A stretch of DNA of 64,000 nucleotides. It comes from Pseudomonadota bacterium. Its GTDB lineage: Bacteria; Pseudomonadota; Gammaproteobacteria; Burkholderiales; Burkholderiaceae_C. The DNA is taken from assembly GCA_020161215.1 (NCBI GenBank), contig JAIUOM010000001.1, forward strand, positions 23,170-87,169, given 5' to 3'. The position numbers were made by a program, and so were the translations under genes. This document shows, piece after piece, positions 48,201-56,069 of the stretch; positions within the stretch are counted from its first letter, which is position 1, and each line of letters starts with the position of its first letter. The notes below the pieces were generated by a model. It had not been told where the DNA came from, ran no database searches, and saw only the letters and a list, made by a program, of their open reading frames with translations.

Positions 48201-49917
48201 GAAGGCCCTGCACGATGTCCTGGTGCGCAACGGTGGGTTCTCTGAGGACGACGCTTGGGACTTGATCCGGGGCATGTTCCTAGGCCCTGAGAAGGACAAG
48301 GGCCGCACAGCAGCCAGCCTGCGCCACCGCAGCTCCATTGCCGAGGACCACAGCGAAACGCTGATTGACTCGGCCGGGAACCGGGGCACGTTGACCCTGA
48401 ATGACTTCATTCACACCAACGCTTTCGATGTGCTCGACAGCTACTTCCAGCGGACGGCCTCGTCTATCTCTCTGGCTGACCATCTGGATGTCTACAAGCA
48501 GGCCGATATCGGGCGCCTGATCGACACCGCGACGAAGCAAGAGCTGGGAACCACCGTGCCTCAGGCAGTGGTGGAGCAGGCCCGCAAGGACCTTCAGTTC
48601 TCCTTCGACCGAATCCAGGGGTTGCCCCAGGAGGAGTTCGCGGGGTGGCGTAAAGGTCTGGAGATGTGGCGCTCCTTCAACGTCATCCGCTTGATGGGCG
48701 GGGCCATGTTCAACCAGGTCCAGGAGATGTCCCAGCTCGTTGGCTCCCTTGGTTGGAAGGCCACGCTTCAAGCGGTTCCTGAGTTGCGCCGCCTCATGCG
48801 GGACGCCCGTACCGGGAAAGCCCCGAACGAATGGCTGGATCACCTGGAGAACACCATCGGTGGAGTCGGTTCTGAATACGTGGCGCGGATGCAGCTCTCC
48901 CCCCGGCACGACTGGGTGGAGAACCTGGGGGACACCCGAACGAACCGCGCCCTGGACACACTGGACACGGGCCTGAAGAAGTTCGCTAGCGGGGTCCTGG
49001 ACTACAGCGGCATGACGGCCGTGATGGTGCAGCAAAAGAGACTCCATGCCGTGGCCCTTACCAACCACCTCGTGAACCTTGCGGTGGAAGGCGGTGAGGC
49101 CCGTGTGTTCACCCCGAACCGGCTCGCCATGATGGGGCTCGACTCCAGCGAATTCGCAGCCATGAAGGCAGCCATCCGCAAATACTCCGCGCCTGGAGGT
49201 CGGGGGGAGTACGGCAAGAAGGTGAACTTCGACTTCAAGCGGTTCGCCAAGGACGAGCCGGAGCTGAACGCGAAGATGATGCACCTGATCCACCGGGAAT
49301 CTCGGCGAGTTGTGCAAGAGAACGATCTGGCCTCAATGGTGACCGTTATGGGAACCTCCGTGGGGCAGACGATGTTCCAGTTCATGAACTTCGTGATGCA
49401 AGCGTGGAACAAGTCCATGCTGTATGCGATGCACCACCGCGACTTCGCAACGGCATCCACGATGCTGTGGGGTGGCCTCCTCTCCAGCCTGACGTACACG
49501 GCCCGCACGCAACTGTCGGCTATGGGCAGGAGCGAGGAGGATCGGGAACGGTTCCTGGACAAGAGGCTGGCAACCAAGCAGCTCGTAGCCAACTCGATTG
49601 GCCGCGTGGCTCAGCTCTCGCTTTTACCGCAGCTCTACGACATCGGGCCGGGCATGCTCACAGGCGCTGTGTTCTCGGGCATGCGTACCACGTCGGACGT
49701 ATCCAGCTTGGCCTCCAACCCGACGATCCAAGCCGTGCAGAGCGTCCTATCGCTGGGCAAAGTTGTCCGCAACGGTTTCAGTGACGACCTCCAGACGACA
49801 TCGCAGGATGTTCGCTCGTGGGGTCGCCTACTGCCGCTGAACAACGTCGTGCCTATTTCATCCCTCATCAACACAGTCGCCGCTGACTACCCATACGACG
49901 AGAAAGAAGCTGAATAA
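45208..49917 (+). CDS. Giant internal virion protein (gp16 position) with N-terminal lytic transglycosylase and an internal HExxH motif
   Basis: SLT motifs IAGIESSYRP...GAQGWFQFMPATAKQYGL...AYYNGG; Pro-rich linker; HEMVH at 46999-47013. AAGGAGG RBS before the GTG at 45208. Confidence 0.8.
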   Translation: MSNYTRDQIRRITLDSEKKYGLPKDTLFKIAGIESSYRPGQRSHTGAQGWFQFMPATAKQYGLTNPDDLTQSADAAGRFMKDLLGRHDGNMDEALAYYNGGHKAVAALRGGKPWAETSDYLSKFNGGRAGAPAAPAEVAPKPALGRQFTELETVPSTQGPSNTQLAFQQRQREDEFGGVSGFAGNVLGAARLGFETQNTAWNWFKDRAVEDVGEPLDWNSALAKDTLNQFPERHWGYLSEAGTVKGLEMRSARLAETMAQEQKLGEMGLPLALTGGIVGGLPDIPTLIGALPGMGGAGLLTKTSRLANLVRSGAWGAATNVAIDAVGDQYRPTATPDDLWMSALFGAAVGGVAGSLAKVRAPALAKELRDLDGHLGKQARDAMEREAIEGGLEPAPPRITPEKPLEKTPEPVPEHAPDGTPQPGSLKGPEGLAGGDPPQPPRVAKEAPTGPDAAPDKAPDAAPRQDPWEAEWDTPRYTEATGTGKVLELPALDDPGAMAKYVIRFSQNDDLVRVLKKSLEAIDMRRLKFSVLDPKRAGNLRPSSNPKNRLAPDMSTKLGGALGLMRSTYTADGVDLQLALRGRGWGSAHGLTEDIFIHEMVHGATVHRFERTMKGWGTSRMSSDTKQAYRELNDLYGFVKKHSRTRSDIPKNAGNYLSNAKEFISYGLTDRRFQDWLRSVKVPGSKTTLWTRFTSGLSKLLGIAKKDTHALARLIDLTDAMMSKKGFDTRKNPRPTLQPANKFVSDEEATAAANADLSPVFGWGLGLEHRLGSEKIPPKIRNLAGKLFGTTVGYKDHAVVRANVWDDSVARSGGWQADMRKVGYTKFHEWFKSQKDFPWHQKGVAFEHFGEQVNNYIRGIPGQYGPEVIAAGRHAQDILETVVDEINNPAMRRGGSKRGLTTQEVTDDLGNTMWVGELQKNRNYLPRKHDIMKWNAAIQKWGVSAVEDWWTNAFAKTHGHMQPEFHRRFAKWYMDAVQDAHLNRTESHLEDMMTGADEKALHDVLVRNGGFSEDDAWDLIRGMFLGPEKDKGRTAASLRHRSSIAEDHSETLIDSAGNRGTLTLNDFIHTNAFDVLDSYFQRTASSISLADHLDVYKQADIGRLIDTATKQELGTTVPQAVVEQARKDLQFSFDRIQGLPQEEFAGWRKGLEMWRSFNVIRLMGGAMFNQVQEMSQLVGSLGWKATLQAVPELRRLMRDARTGKAPNEWLDHLENTIGGVGSEYVARMQLSPRHDWVENLGDTRTNRALDTLDTGLKKFASGVLDYSGMTAVMVQQKRLHAVALTNHLVNLAVEGGEARVFTPNRLAMMGLDSSEFAAMKAAIRKYSAPGGRGEYGKKVNFDFKRFAKDEPELNAKMMHLIHRESRRVVQENDLASMVTVMGTSVGQTMFQFMNFVMQAWNKSMLYAMHHRDFATASTMLWGGLLSSLTYTARTQLSAMGRSEEDRERFLDKRLATKQLVANSIGRVAQLSLLPQLYDIGPGMLTGAVFSGMRTTSDVSSLASNPTIQAVQSVLSLGKVVRNGFSDDLQTTSQDVRSWGRLLPLNNVVPISSLINTVAADYPYDEKEAE

Positions 49918-49941
49918 GCCTCCTCTCCGATCACCTACCGG

Positions 49942-49978
49942 CCCCCTCTCGGGTTCTCCCAGAGGGGGTTTTCTATTT
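49942..49978 (+). terminator. Hairpin-TTTTCTATTT element
   Basis: 8-bp stem ccccctct/agaggggg with an 11-nt loop. Confidence 0.45.
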
Positions 49979-49993
49979 CCGAAGGAAAAACAC

Positions 49994-51109
49994 ATGGCAT
50001 CTACCAGTGTGAAATACACCATCTCCAAGCCAACAGGGGTGACCTACGCAATTCCGTTTCCGTTCCTGGAGCCGGATCACGTTAAGGTGTACCTGAATGG
50101 CGCGGGGTTCTTCAACTACAACCTCCTCCAAGAAACCAGCTCGATTGACCCGACCGTGCCCTTGCCGGTTGGCGGTGTCCTGACGGTTCGCCGGGAGACA
50201 CCACTCGGGTACACCCCAGTCGCCTTTGAGGATGTGTCAACGCTCACCGCCCGTGACCTGGACCTCGTGTCCCGGTACTCGGCATACATCTCCCAAGAGG
50301 CCAAGGACGCTGCTGAAGCGGCGCTGATGGAAACAACAGCCGGTGTGCTGGATGCCCGTGGCCTCCGCTTGGTTCAAGTAGCTGCCGGTCGAGACGCGGG
50401 CGATGCCGTAAACCGGGGTCAGCTTGACTCTGCCGTGGCGCAGTTGTCGGCCGGTGCCGCCGAGGCCAGCACCAGTGCTGGGGTGGCTACCGCTGCCGCC
50501 TCTCAGGCACAAGCGGATGCGGTCTCGTCGGCCGCTAGCGAAGCGGCTGCGCAGTCCTACTCGGACGCCGCCATGGGTTACCGCAACGATGCGGCACGGT
50601 CTGCCAGTGACGCCCAATACGCTGTCCAGAACGCGCTCCCGAAGGACCTGAGCGGCTTGCCTGTGGCCGGCTCCGGGGAGCTGCTGGAGGATGACTTCAC
50701 TGTCCTCCGTAAGTTCGCTTCGACCGTAAAGACCTCGCTGCGCAGCGTGTTCAATCTTCTCCTGGGCCGGGACAACTCGTGGACAGGAAAGCAGGAGTTT
50801 GCTGGCTATGTCGCCCACGGCGATGGGGAGCCGTACACCACGACCAAGACCATCACCGCGACACTGCCTACAACACCGGGCTGGCCGGTCACCGTGGAGA
50901 CTGGGATCGGCGCGGACCGCGTTATCCGTCTCTCGGCGATCTGCATCCAGGACGGCAACCTCCGTGTCCCCCCGAGTATGGCTTTGGGTGCCAGCAAGCA
51001 CCTCTACTACGTCTACCACGAGGGTACGACCGTCGTCGCCGCGAGCGATGAGCTGGGGACATTGGTCGCTGGGCGTGTCCTTATCGTGACGCTCACCTAC
51101 ATCCCATGA
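49994..51109 (+). CDS. Tail fibre protein (T7 gp17-like N-terminal domain), short (371 aa)
   Basis: YAIPFPFLEPDHVKVYLNG...TVRRETPL...DVSTLTARDLDLVSRYSAYISQEAKD matches the gp17 adaptor-domain pattern. Confidence 0.75.
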   Translation: MASTSVKYTISKPTGVTYAIPFPFLEPDHVKVYLNGAGFFNYNLLQETSSIDPTVPLPVGGVLTVRRETPLGYTPVAFEDVSTLTARDLDLVSRYSAYISQEAKDAAEAALMETTAGVLDARGLRLVQVAAGRDAGDAVNRGQLDSAVAQLSAGAAEASTSAGVATAAASQAQADAVSSAASEAAAQSYSDAAMGYRNDAARSASDAQYAVQNALPKDLSGLPVAGSGELLEDDFTVLRKFASTVKTSLRSVFNLLLGRDNSWTGKQEFAGYVAHGDGEPYTTTKTITATLPTTPGWPVTVETGIGADRVIRLSAICIQDGNLRVPPSMALGASKHLYYVYHEGTTVVAASDELGTLVAGRVLIVTLTYIP

Positions 51110-51387
51110 CCCAGCAACAGACCCTCCCTGGGCTCCCCCACGGGTCCTGGGACGTGGAAGCCCGCGTGTCGATCCTGGAGTACCGCATGGACGAAACCGA
51201 GCGGGGGCAGACGGCCCTCCGCAATGAGTACGTAAAGGAGCACGCAGCTCTACGCGGTGCCCTTCAAGGCATCGAAAAGAACCTCCAAGCCATCAAGTGG
51301 ATCGCCGTGGGCGCCGCTGTGGCGTCCCTTGTGCTTACGCAGGGACCTGGAGGGCTCAACGACATCCTCACGAAACTATTTCTATGA
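51106..51387 (+). CDS. Small protein with a coiled-coil N-terminus and a C-terminal TM segment (gp17.5 holin position)
   Basis: IKWIAVGAAVASLVLTQG TM segment; position between the fibre and small terminase genes. Confidence 0.45.
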   Translation: MTQQQTLPGLPHGSWDVEARVSILEYRMDETERGQTALRNEYVKEHAALRGALQGIEKNLQAIKWIAVGAAVASLVLTQGPGGLNDILTKLFL

Positions 51388-51644
51388 CCGAAGACAAACC
51401 GAAAACCGCAGCCATCCCTGAGCTGGAGGAGCTGCATAGTGCGCTGGCACGGGAGCTTCGTCAGGCGCTCTCTGCTCGTGACGAGAACGGCCGACCCATC
51501 GCCGCCCTACTCAACGTGGCACGTCAGTACCTGAAGGACAACAAGATCGAAGCGGCACCCGTTCCGGGCTCCCCTCTGGGTGACCTCGCGGCCATGCCCG
51601 TGTTTGATGACGACGAACAGGACGCACTCGGCTTGCCGAACTGA
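51384..51644 (+). CDS. Terminase small subunit (gp18-like)
   Basis: 86 aa, position and size as T7 gp18. ATGA overlap with the previous ORF. Confidence 0.6.
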   Translation: MTEDKPKTAAIPELEELHSALARELRQALSARDENGRPIAALLNVARQYLKDNKIEAAPVPGSPLGDLAAMPVFDDDEQDALGLPN

Positions 51645-51705
51645 TCGTCACCTCTATTCCCCCTGCTCTGATCTAAGACCGGGCAGTCAACGAGCCCCCG
51701 TAGGT

Positions 51706-51730
51706 AGCCCCTGCGGGGGCTTTTTCTTTT
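51706..51730 (+). terminator. Hairpin-TTTTTCTTTT element
   Basis: agcccc-tgcg-ggggct followed by ttttctttt. Confidence 0.45.
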
Positions 51731-51742
51731 CCCGAGGAGCCC

Positions 51743-53476
51743 ATGAAGTTAAAGCCTCCAGGGACGCTCCCACCCCTGAACCGTCTGGCTGACGCAATGC
51801 ACCCAGCACGGCAGGACTTCAGGAAATTCGTTTTCCTGCTGTGGAAGCACCTGAACCTACCCGCCCCCACTGATGTCCAGTACGACATCGCCCGTTACCT
51901 CCAGACCGGCCCGCGTCGGTGCGTTATCGAAGCCTTCCGTGGCGTCGGTAAGTCTTGGCTAACTGCTGGCTTTGTGGTCTGGCTGCTGTGGAACGACCCG
52001 CAGCAAAAAATCCTGGTGGTGTCCGCCTCGAAAGACCGGGCCGACCAATTCTCCAGCTTCGTCAAGCGGATCATCGCGGAGATGCCGCTGGTGCAACACC
52101 TGCAACCGAAACGCGGCCAGCGCGACTCCATGATCGCCTTTGACGTGGGGCCGTCCCGCGCAGACCACTCCCCCTCCGTCAAATCAGTCGGCGTGACCGG
52201 CCAACTAACCGGGTCCCGTGCCGACGTAATCATCCCCGATGACGTGGAGGTCCCCAACAACTCCATGACGCAGACCCAGCGGGACCAGCTCGCTGAGCGT
52301 GTGAAGGAATTCGACGCCATCCTGAAGCCGGGTGGCCGGGTCATCTATCTGGGAACCCCCCAGTGCGAGGCCAGCCTCTACATCGAGTTGCCCGAACGCG
52401 GCTACCAAGTCCGTGTGTGGCCCGCGCTGTACCCCACGCTGAAGCAGATCGACGGCTACAAGGGCACCCTGGCCCCGTTCATCACTCGGCGATTGGAGAA
52501 AGACCTATCGCTCCAAGGCACGACGACTGACCCCAAGCGGTTCTCCGACGATGACCTCATGGAACGCCGGGTGTCCTACGGCAAAGCCGGCTTCGCGCTC
52601 CAGTTCATGCTGGACACCACGCTGGCCGACCTGGACAAGCACCCGTTGAAACTCGCCGACCTCATCACGATGAGCCTGCCACCGACGATGGCGCCAATCA
52701 AGATCGCCTGGGCGGGTGCCTCCGAACAGGCCCTGGCCGAGCTGCCTGCTGTCGGCCTCACAGGGGACAGGTACAACCGCCCCATGTGGTACGCCCCTGA
52801 GCTGACTGAGTACGCCGGGGCTGTCATGACCATCGACAACGCAGATGGCACCCACGATGAGACCGCCTTTGTCGTGGTCAAGCAGCTCCACGGGAACTTG
52901 TTCCTGACCCTCTCCGACTCCGTGATGGGACCGAGTGATGCCAGCATGGGCAAGATCGCCCAGGCCGCTAAGAGCCAAGGTGTCAATCTGATCCGGGTGG
53001 AATCCAATGCGCAGGGGAACACCTTTGCCGAGCTGTTGCGCAAAGCGCTCAAGGCCGCTGGCTATCCGTGCACCGTGGAAACCAAGCGCTCCCACGGCCA
53101 GAAAGAGCTGCGGATCATCAGCACACTTGAGCCGGTACTCGGGGGCCACCGTCTAGTGGTGGACGCAAGGGTCATTGAGCAGGACTATGCCTGCACCCGC
53201 GACGAGCCGCGCAAGAGCCTGTTCTACCAACTGACCCGGATCACACGGGACCGTGGCTCGCTGGGCTTTGACGACCGCATAGACGCCCTGGCCCAAGCTG
53301 TGAGCTACTGGTCTGAGGCACTGAGCCGTGACCAAGAGAAAGCCGCTGAGGCCCACAAGGACCGGGCCATCCACGAGACCTTGAAGGACTTCATTCGGAA
53401 CGCCCTGGGCAAAGGCAAGCGACGTGGCCGCGCAGCATCCGCTTTCAGCACGAACAGGGGGCTCTCAGGCCGTTAA
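51743..53476 (+). CDS. Terminase large subunit (gp19-like)
   Basis: 577 aa; CVIEAFRGVGKSW Walker A-like, VIIPDDVE Walker B-like; T7 gp19 size and position. Confidence 0.85.
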   Translation: MKLKPPGTLPPLNRLADAMHPARQDFRKFVFLLWKHLNLPAPTDVQYDIARYLQTGPRRCVIEAFRGVGKSWLTAGFVVWLLWNDPQQKILVVSASKDRADQFSSFVKRIIAEMPLVQHLQPKRGQRDSMIAFDVGPSRADHSPSVKSVGVTGQLTGSRADVIIPDDVEVPNNSMTQTQRDQLAERVKEFDAILKPGGRVIYLGTPQCEASLYIELPERGYQVRVWPALYPTLKQIDGYKGTLAPFITRRLEKDLSLQGTTTDPKRFSDDDLMERRVSYGKAGFALQFMLDTTLADLDKHPLKLADLITMSLPPTMAPIKIAWAGASEQALAELPAVGLTGDRYNRPMWYAPELTEYAGAVMTIDNADGTHDETAFVVVKQLHGNLFLTLSDSVMGPSDASMGKIAQAAKSQGVNLIRVESNAQGNTFAELLRKALKAAGYPCTVETKRSHGQKELRIISTLEPVLGGHRLVVDARVIEQDYACTRDEPRKSLFYQLTRITRDRGSLGFDDRIDALAQAVSYWSEALSRDQEKAAEAHKDRAIHETLKDFIRNALGKGKRRGRAASAFSTNRGLSGR

Positions 53477-53604
53477 AAGGGCTCAGGGGTTACTACCCCC
53501 CACCCAACGGCCGGAAGCCGCTAGAGGCCCTAAAACACCCCCGAGGAACCCCGTTCCCACCACCCCCTACGCCAGCGTACACAGTGGAGACAGTCTCCTC
53601 CCCC

Positions 53605-53655
53605 AGGCCACCTCAGGACCACCCTTCCAGGGCTCCGCAGGTGGCCTATTTTTTC
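53605..53655 (+). terminator. Long hairpin plus T-run after the terminase gene
   Basis: 9-bp stem aggccacct/aggtggcct with a 25-nt loop, then attttttc. Confidence 0.45.
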
Positions 53656-53687
53656 ATAGCAAGGAACCCGCATGAAACCTCACGATT

Positions 53688-53717
53688 AATAAAAACGACC
53701 CTTATTGGACAACCCGG
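53688..53717 (+). promoter_or_regulatory. Phage RNAP promoter candidate, copy 4 (phiOR-like position, facing the non-coding terminus region)
   Basis: Identical 30-mer. Confidence 0.6.
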
Positions 53718-53973
53718 TGTGAATCGGCCTTGTCTGGGGAGCGTCCCTACTCATGGGTAGGACGGCGGCCTTTGGCAACTTTGCCGCTTGGGGACTAGTG
53801 AAGCCAACCAGGAGTCCAGATGGACTCTGTGGAATGTGGGTTTATGTTCTCTCTGCTCCTACCTCTTGTCTATCTCTGGGACCCCGTAAAGGCCCTCTAG
53901 AGGTTCAATCTACGGGGGGTAGGGGGGGAGTTGAAAACAGCTCGCTCCCAGAGAGTCCTACCTCAACTACCTC

Positions 53974-53997
53974 CCTATTGATTACCTAAAGGGAACC
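53974..53997 (+). repeat. CCTATTGATT-ACCTAAAGGG element (copy 1 of a pair exactly 300 bp apart) with tandem CCTAAAGG
   Basis: cctattgattacctaaagggaacctaaagg; partner cctattgattcttaagggga at 54274. Confidence 0.5.
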
Positions 53998-54239
53998 TAA
54001 AGGCGAACCCAGCGGGGACCTGGCGGGATGCCTCCAGGGACCAATAGAGTGCTTAGCGGGGTACAGCCATCATGGTCTACCCAAGAGCGAAGCGACTGAG
54101 GGGAGCCCCCAAATAATTAGCCGCAAAAGTCCGAGGACACCCTCGATACAGGGGCGGCGCGAATTTCCCCCCATGGCCCCCTCGAAGCCCCCCCCCTACC
54201 TCCCCGGTGGAGAACCTCCATGCACCCCCTCCGGGCGCC

Positions 54240-54263
54240 TGTGACACCGTGACACCTGCCACA
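54240..54263. promoter_or_regulatory. TGTGACAC...CTGCCACA motif (copy B)
   Basis: tgtgacaccgtgacacctgccaca. Confidence 0.35.
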
Positions 54264-54273
54264 AGCGAGCTAA

Positions 54274-54295
54274 CCTATTGATTCTTAAGGGGACC
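54274..54295 (+). repeat. CCTATTGATT-CTTAAGGGGA element (copy 2)
   Basis: Shares CCTATTGATT and a CT(A/T)AAGGG-like tail with the element at 53974. Confidence 0.5.
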
Positions 54296-54449
54296 GCAGC
54301 GGATGGGGCATCCACAGGGGGGCGGATTCGGGGCCTTGAGAGTCACTGGGTGTGGTTCTTTATAGCTATTTGATATGATGAACCAGTTGTTAATAGCCAA
54401 TAGCTATATCACTGCATCTTTGGCTATCTGTAGTTGTTATTCCTTTTAG

Positions 54450-54473
54450 TTATAAAGACAGAATTCTTTATAA
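54450..54473. repeat. Palindrome TTATAAAG-N8-CTTTATAA in an AT-rich block
   Basis: Read directly. Confidence 0.5.
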
Positions 54474-54480
54474 CCCCATG

Positions 54481-54648
54481 CCACCTCTAGGCCACCTCCA
54501 GGCACTGCACCGAGCCACCCCAGGCACTGCACCGAGCCACCTCCAGGCCACCTCCAGGCCACCTCCAGGCACCCCCAGGCCACCTCCAGGCCACCTCCAG
54601 GCACTGCACCTCTAGGCCACCTCCAGGCACTACACCGGGCCACCCAAG
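54481..54648 (+). repeat. Degenerate tandem array: ~11 copies of the 11-bp unit GCCACCTCCAG interspersed with 4 copies of GCACTGCACCGA-like units
   Basis: Read directly. Flanked by AT-rich DNA at 54355-54476 and 54652-54745. Confidence 0.8.
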
Positions 54649-54669
54649 AGGTTTAGCTTGAAACTATCG

Positions 54670-54685
54670 AATTGAAAATTCAATT
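54670..54685. repeat. Palindrome AATTGAA-AA-TTCAATT
   Basis: Read directly; upstream of the early promoter. Confidence 0.5.
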
Positions 54686-54697
54686 AGTTAATTCCGA

Positions 54698-54727
54698 TTG
54701 ACTTAATACTCTCGATATCGGGATACT
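54698..54727 (+). promoter_or_regulatory. Sigma70-type early promoter TTGACT-N18-GATACT
   Basis: The hexamers equal those I recall for T7 A1 (TTGACT/GATACT). The spacer holds operator TCTCGATATCGGGA. 47 nt upstream of the first early ORF. Confidence 0.55.
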
Positions 54728-54740
54728 CTCGACATCGGTT
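54710..54740. promoter_or_regulatory. Operator pair O1: TCTCGATATCGGGA + TCTCGACATCGGTT (17-bp register)
   Basis: The first 14-mer is identical at 55336 and 59218; near-palindrome of TCTCGATATCGAGA. Confidence 0.5.
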
Positions 54741-54774
54741 TGATTCACAGACCGTAACCACCCAGGAGAAAACC

Positions 54775-55332
54775 TTGATTAAGACCCCCGTCAACGAATA
54801 CACGATGAACAAAGCAGGCGCCGAGCTGGGCCGCTGGATGATCCAGAGAGCTGCCCGTTTGGCCCGTGATGTTGGATTCAGCTACGAGCCGGCTGGTGAT
54901 GCCCCGGAGACCTACGAAGCTGTCCTGGCTGCTGTACGCCGTTCGCAGTGTGAGCGGGTTCCCTTCCCGGTTTGGGCAGGCGGATCGGACGCCACCATCT
55001 ATGGCAGTGCGGAGGCCAATTACGCTTTCCGCTACTGGCATGACATGGCCCATATCGCCTCTACGGGTGACTTCACAGTCGCCGGGGAACTGGCTGCTGT
55101 CCGTATGCAGCTCACCGAACTTGCTCGCACTTTCGGTACAGACTCAATCGAATACGCCCTGTTCGTTGCTGACACTCTCGGGCAGGTTTGGTTCCACGAG
55201 CGCACCGAGGGCGGATTCGTCCAGGATCAAAAAAGCTGGGTGTTTGCTGTCGTCCAGGCTCACGCGGACACCCACCGAGGAGACCTCCAGGGACTTGAGG
55301 CTCATTTCCTAGAGGGCCTTCGTTCGTCCTAA
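54775..55332 (+). CDS. Hypothetical early protein (185 aa)
   Basis: TTG start 7 nt after AGGAG; first ORF downstream of the early promoter. Confidence 0.5.
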   Translation: MIKTPVNEYTMNKAGAELGRWMIQRAARLARDVGFSYEPAGDAPETYEAVLAAVRRSQCERVPFPVWAGGSDATIYGSAEANYAFRYWHDMAHIASTGDFTVAGELAAVRMQLTELARTFGTDSIEYALFVADTLGQVWFHERTEGGFVQDQKSWVFAVVQAHADTHRGDLQGLEAHFLEGLRSS

Positions 55333-55335
55333 CCC

Positions 55336-55369
55336 TCTCGATATCGGGACTATCTCGGGTTTGCCGAGA
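55336..55369. promoter_or_regulatory. Operator pair O2: TCTCGATATCGGGA + TCTCGG-GTTTG-CCGAGA
   Basis: Same 17-bp register as O1. Confidence 0.5.
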
Positions 55370-55446
55370 GGTCCCCCCAGAGGGTCCGAGCCGGGTTCTC
55401 TGGGGGGATTCGCCCCTACCGATCAAGCACCAACGGAGATTTGAAG

Positions 55447-55539
55447 ATGAGTGACCTCTACGACCTCTTTCACGACTGCCCCGAGCTGGCAGAGGCTGTG
55501 AACGAAGCCCAGCACGCCGATGGCGATACAGGGGAGTGA
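55447..55539 (+). CDS. Possible 30-aa acidic peptide
   Basis: MSDLYDLFHDCPELAEAVNEAQHADGDTGE; GGAG RBS; below the ORF-track threshold. Confidence 0.25.
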   Translation: MSDLYDLFHDCPELAEAVNEAQHADGDTGE

Positions 55540-55541
55540 CC

Positions 55542-55967
55542 ATGGCGGAACTAGTCACCTTTGACCCCACGAGCCTAGGCTCTCATCGCGCCCGGAACAT
55601 GAGCCCCGAAAAAGAGCTGCTGCACGCCTATTCGGCTGTCGTGGTCGATGCTGAAGGAGGCTTGTCTAACCCCGTTACCGCCCGCGTTTACGGATCGCGG
55701 CATGGCGATGGCGCCGGGCGCCTGTGGGCATCCGTGTGGACGGCCCCGGAAAGCCTTAAGGGGGGCGGCGCCAGCGGCTGGGGGTACGTCACCGGCTGCG
55801 GATACCACAAGCCCAGCGCGGCGATTGCTGTGGCGCTGCGTGCGGCTGGCTGGCTGTTGCCTTTCGAGGTGTCGGGCTGCGGCCATGGAACCACCATCCG
55901 CGCCCTTGAGGCTGTCGCTATGGCATGCGTCCCAGGCGCCGCACGGGGACAGGTCATCACGCACTGA
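55542..55967 (+). CDS. Hypothetical early protein (141 aa)
   Basis: ATG at 55542 (the ORF track uses the GTG at 55536). Two GCG(Y/H) motifs. Confidence 0.5.
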   Translation: MAELVTFDPTSLGSHRARNMSPEKELLHAYSAVVVDAEGGLSNPVTARVYGSRHGDGAGRLWASVWTAPESLKGGGASGWGYVTGCGYHKPSAAIAVALRAAGWLLPFEVSGCGHGTTIRALEAVAMACVPGAARGQVITH

Positions 55968-56069
55968 GCGCCAGAACTGCGCCTGAAGGGCACCCGGAGG
56001 GGCCGCTTAGAGTGGCCGTGGGGGGTGCCCTTTGGGGGCCGCTTTGGCCCGTACAAAGGAGAAAAATCC

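Noticed and set aside
53424-53989. ORFs 53424-53675 (83 aa) and 53753-53989 (78 aa) in the post-terminase region.
   Set aside because: They have no RBS, span a hairpin/terminator and promoter copy 4, and are low-complexity. The region behaves as non-coding terminus DNA.
54446-54643. 65-aa minus-strand ORF, and a possible CRISPR-like array in the 11-bp repeat region.
   Set aside because: The ORF is merely the repeat read in frame (GGGLEVAW reiterated). The units are contiguous 11-12 bp with no spacers, and no cas genes are nearby, so this is not CRISPR.
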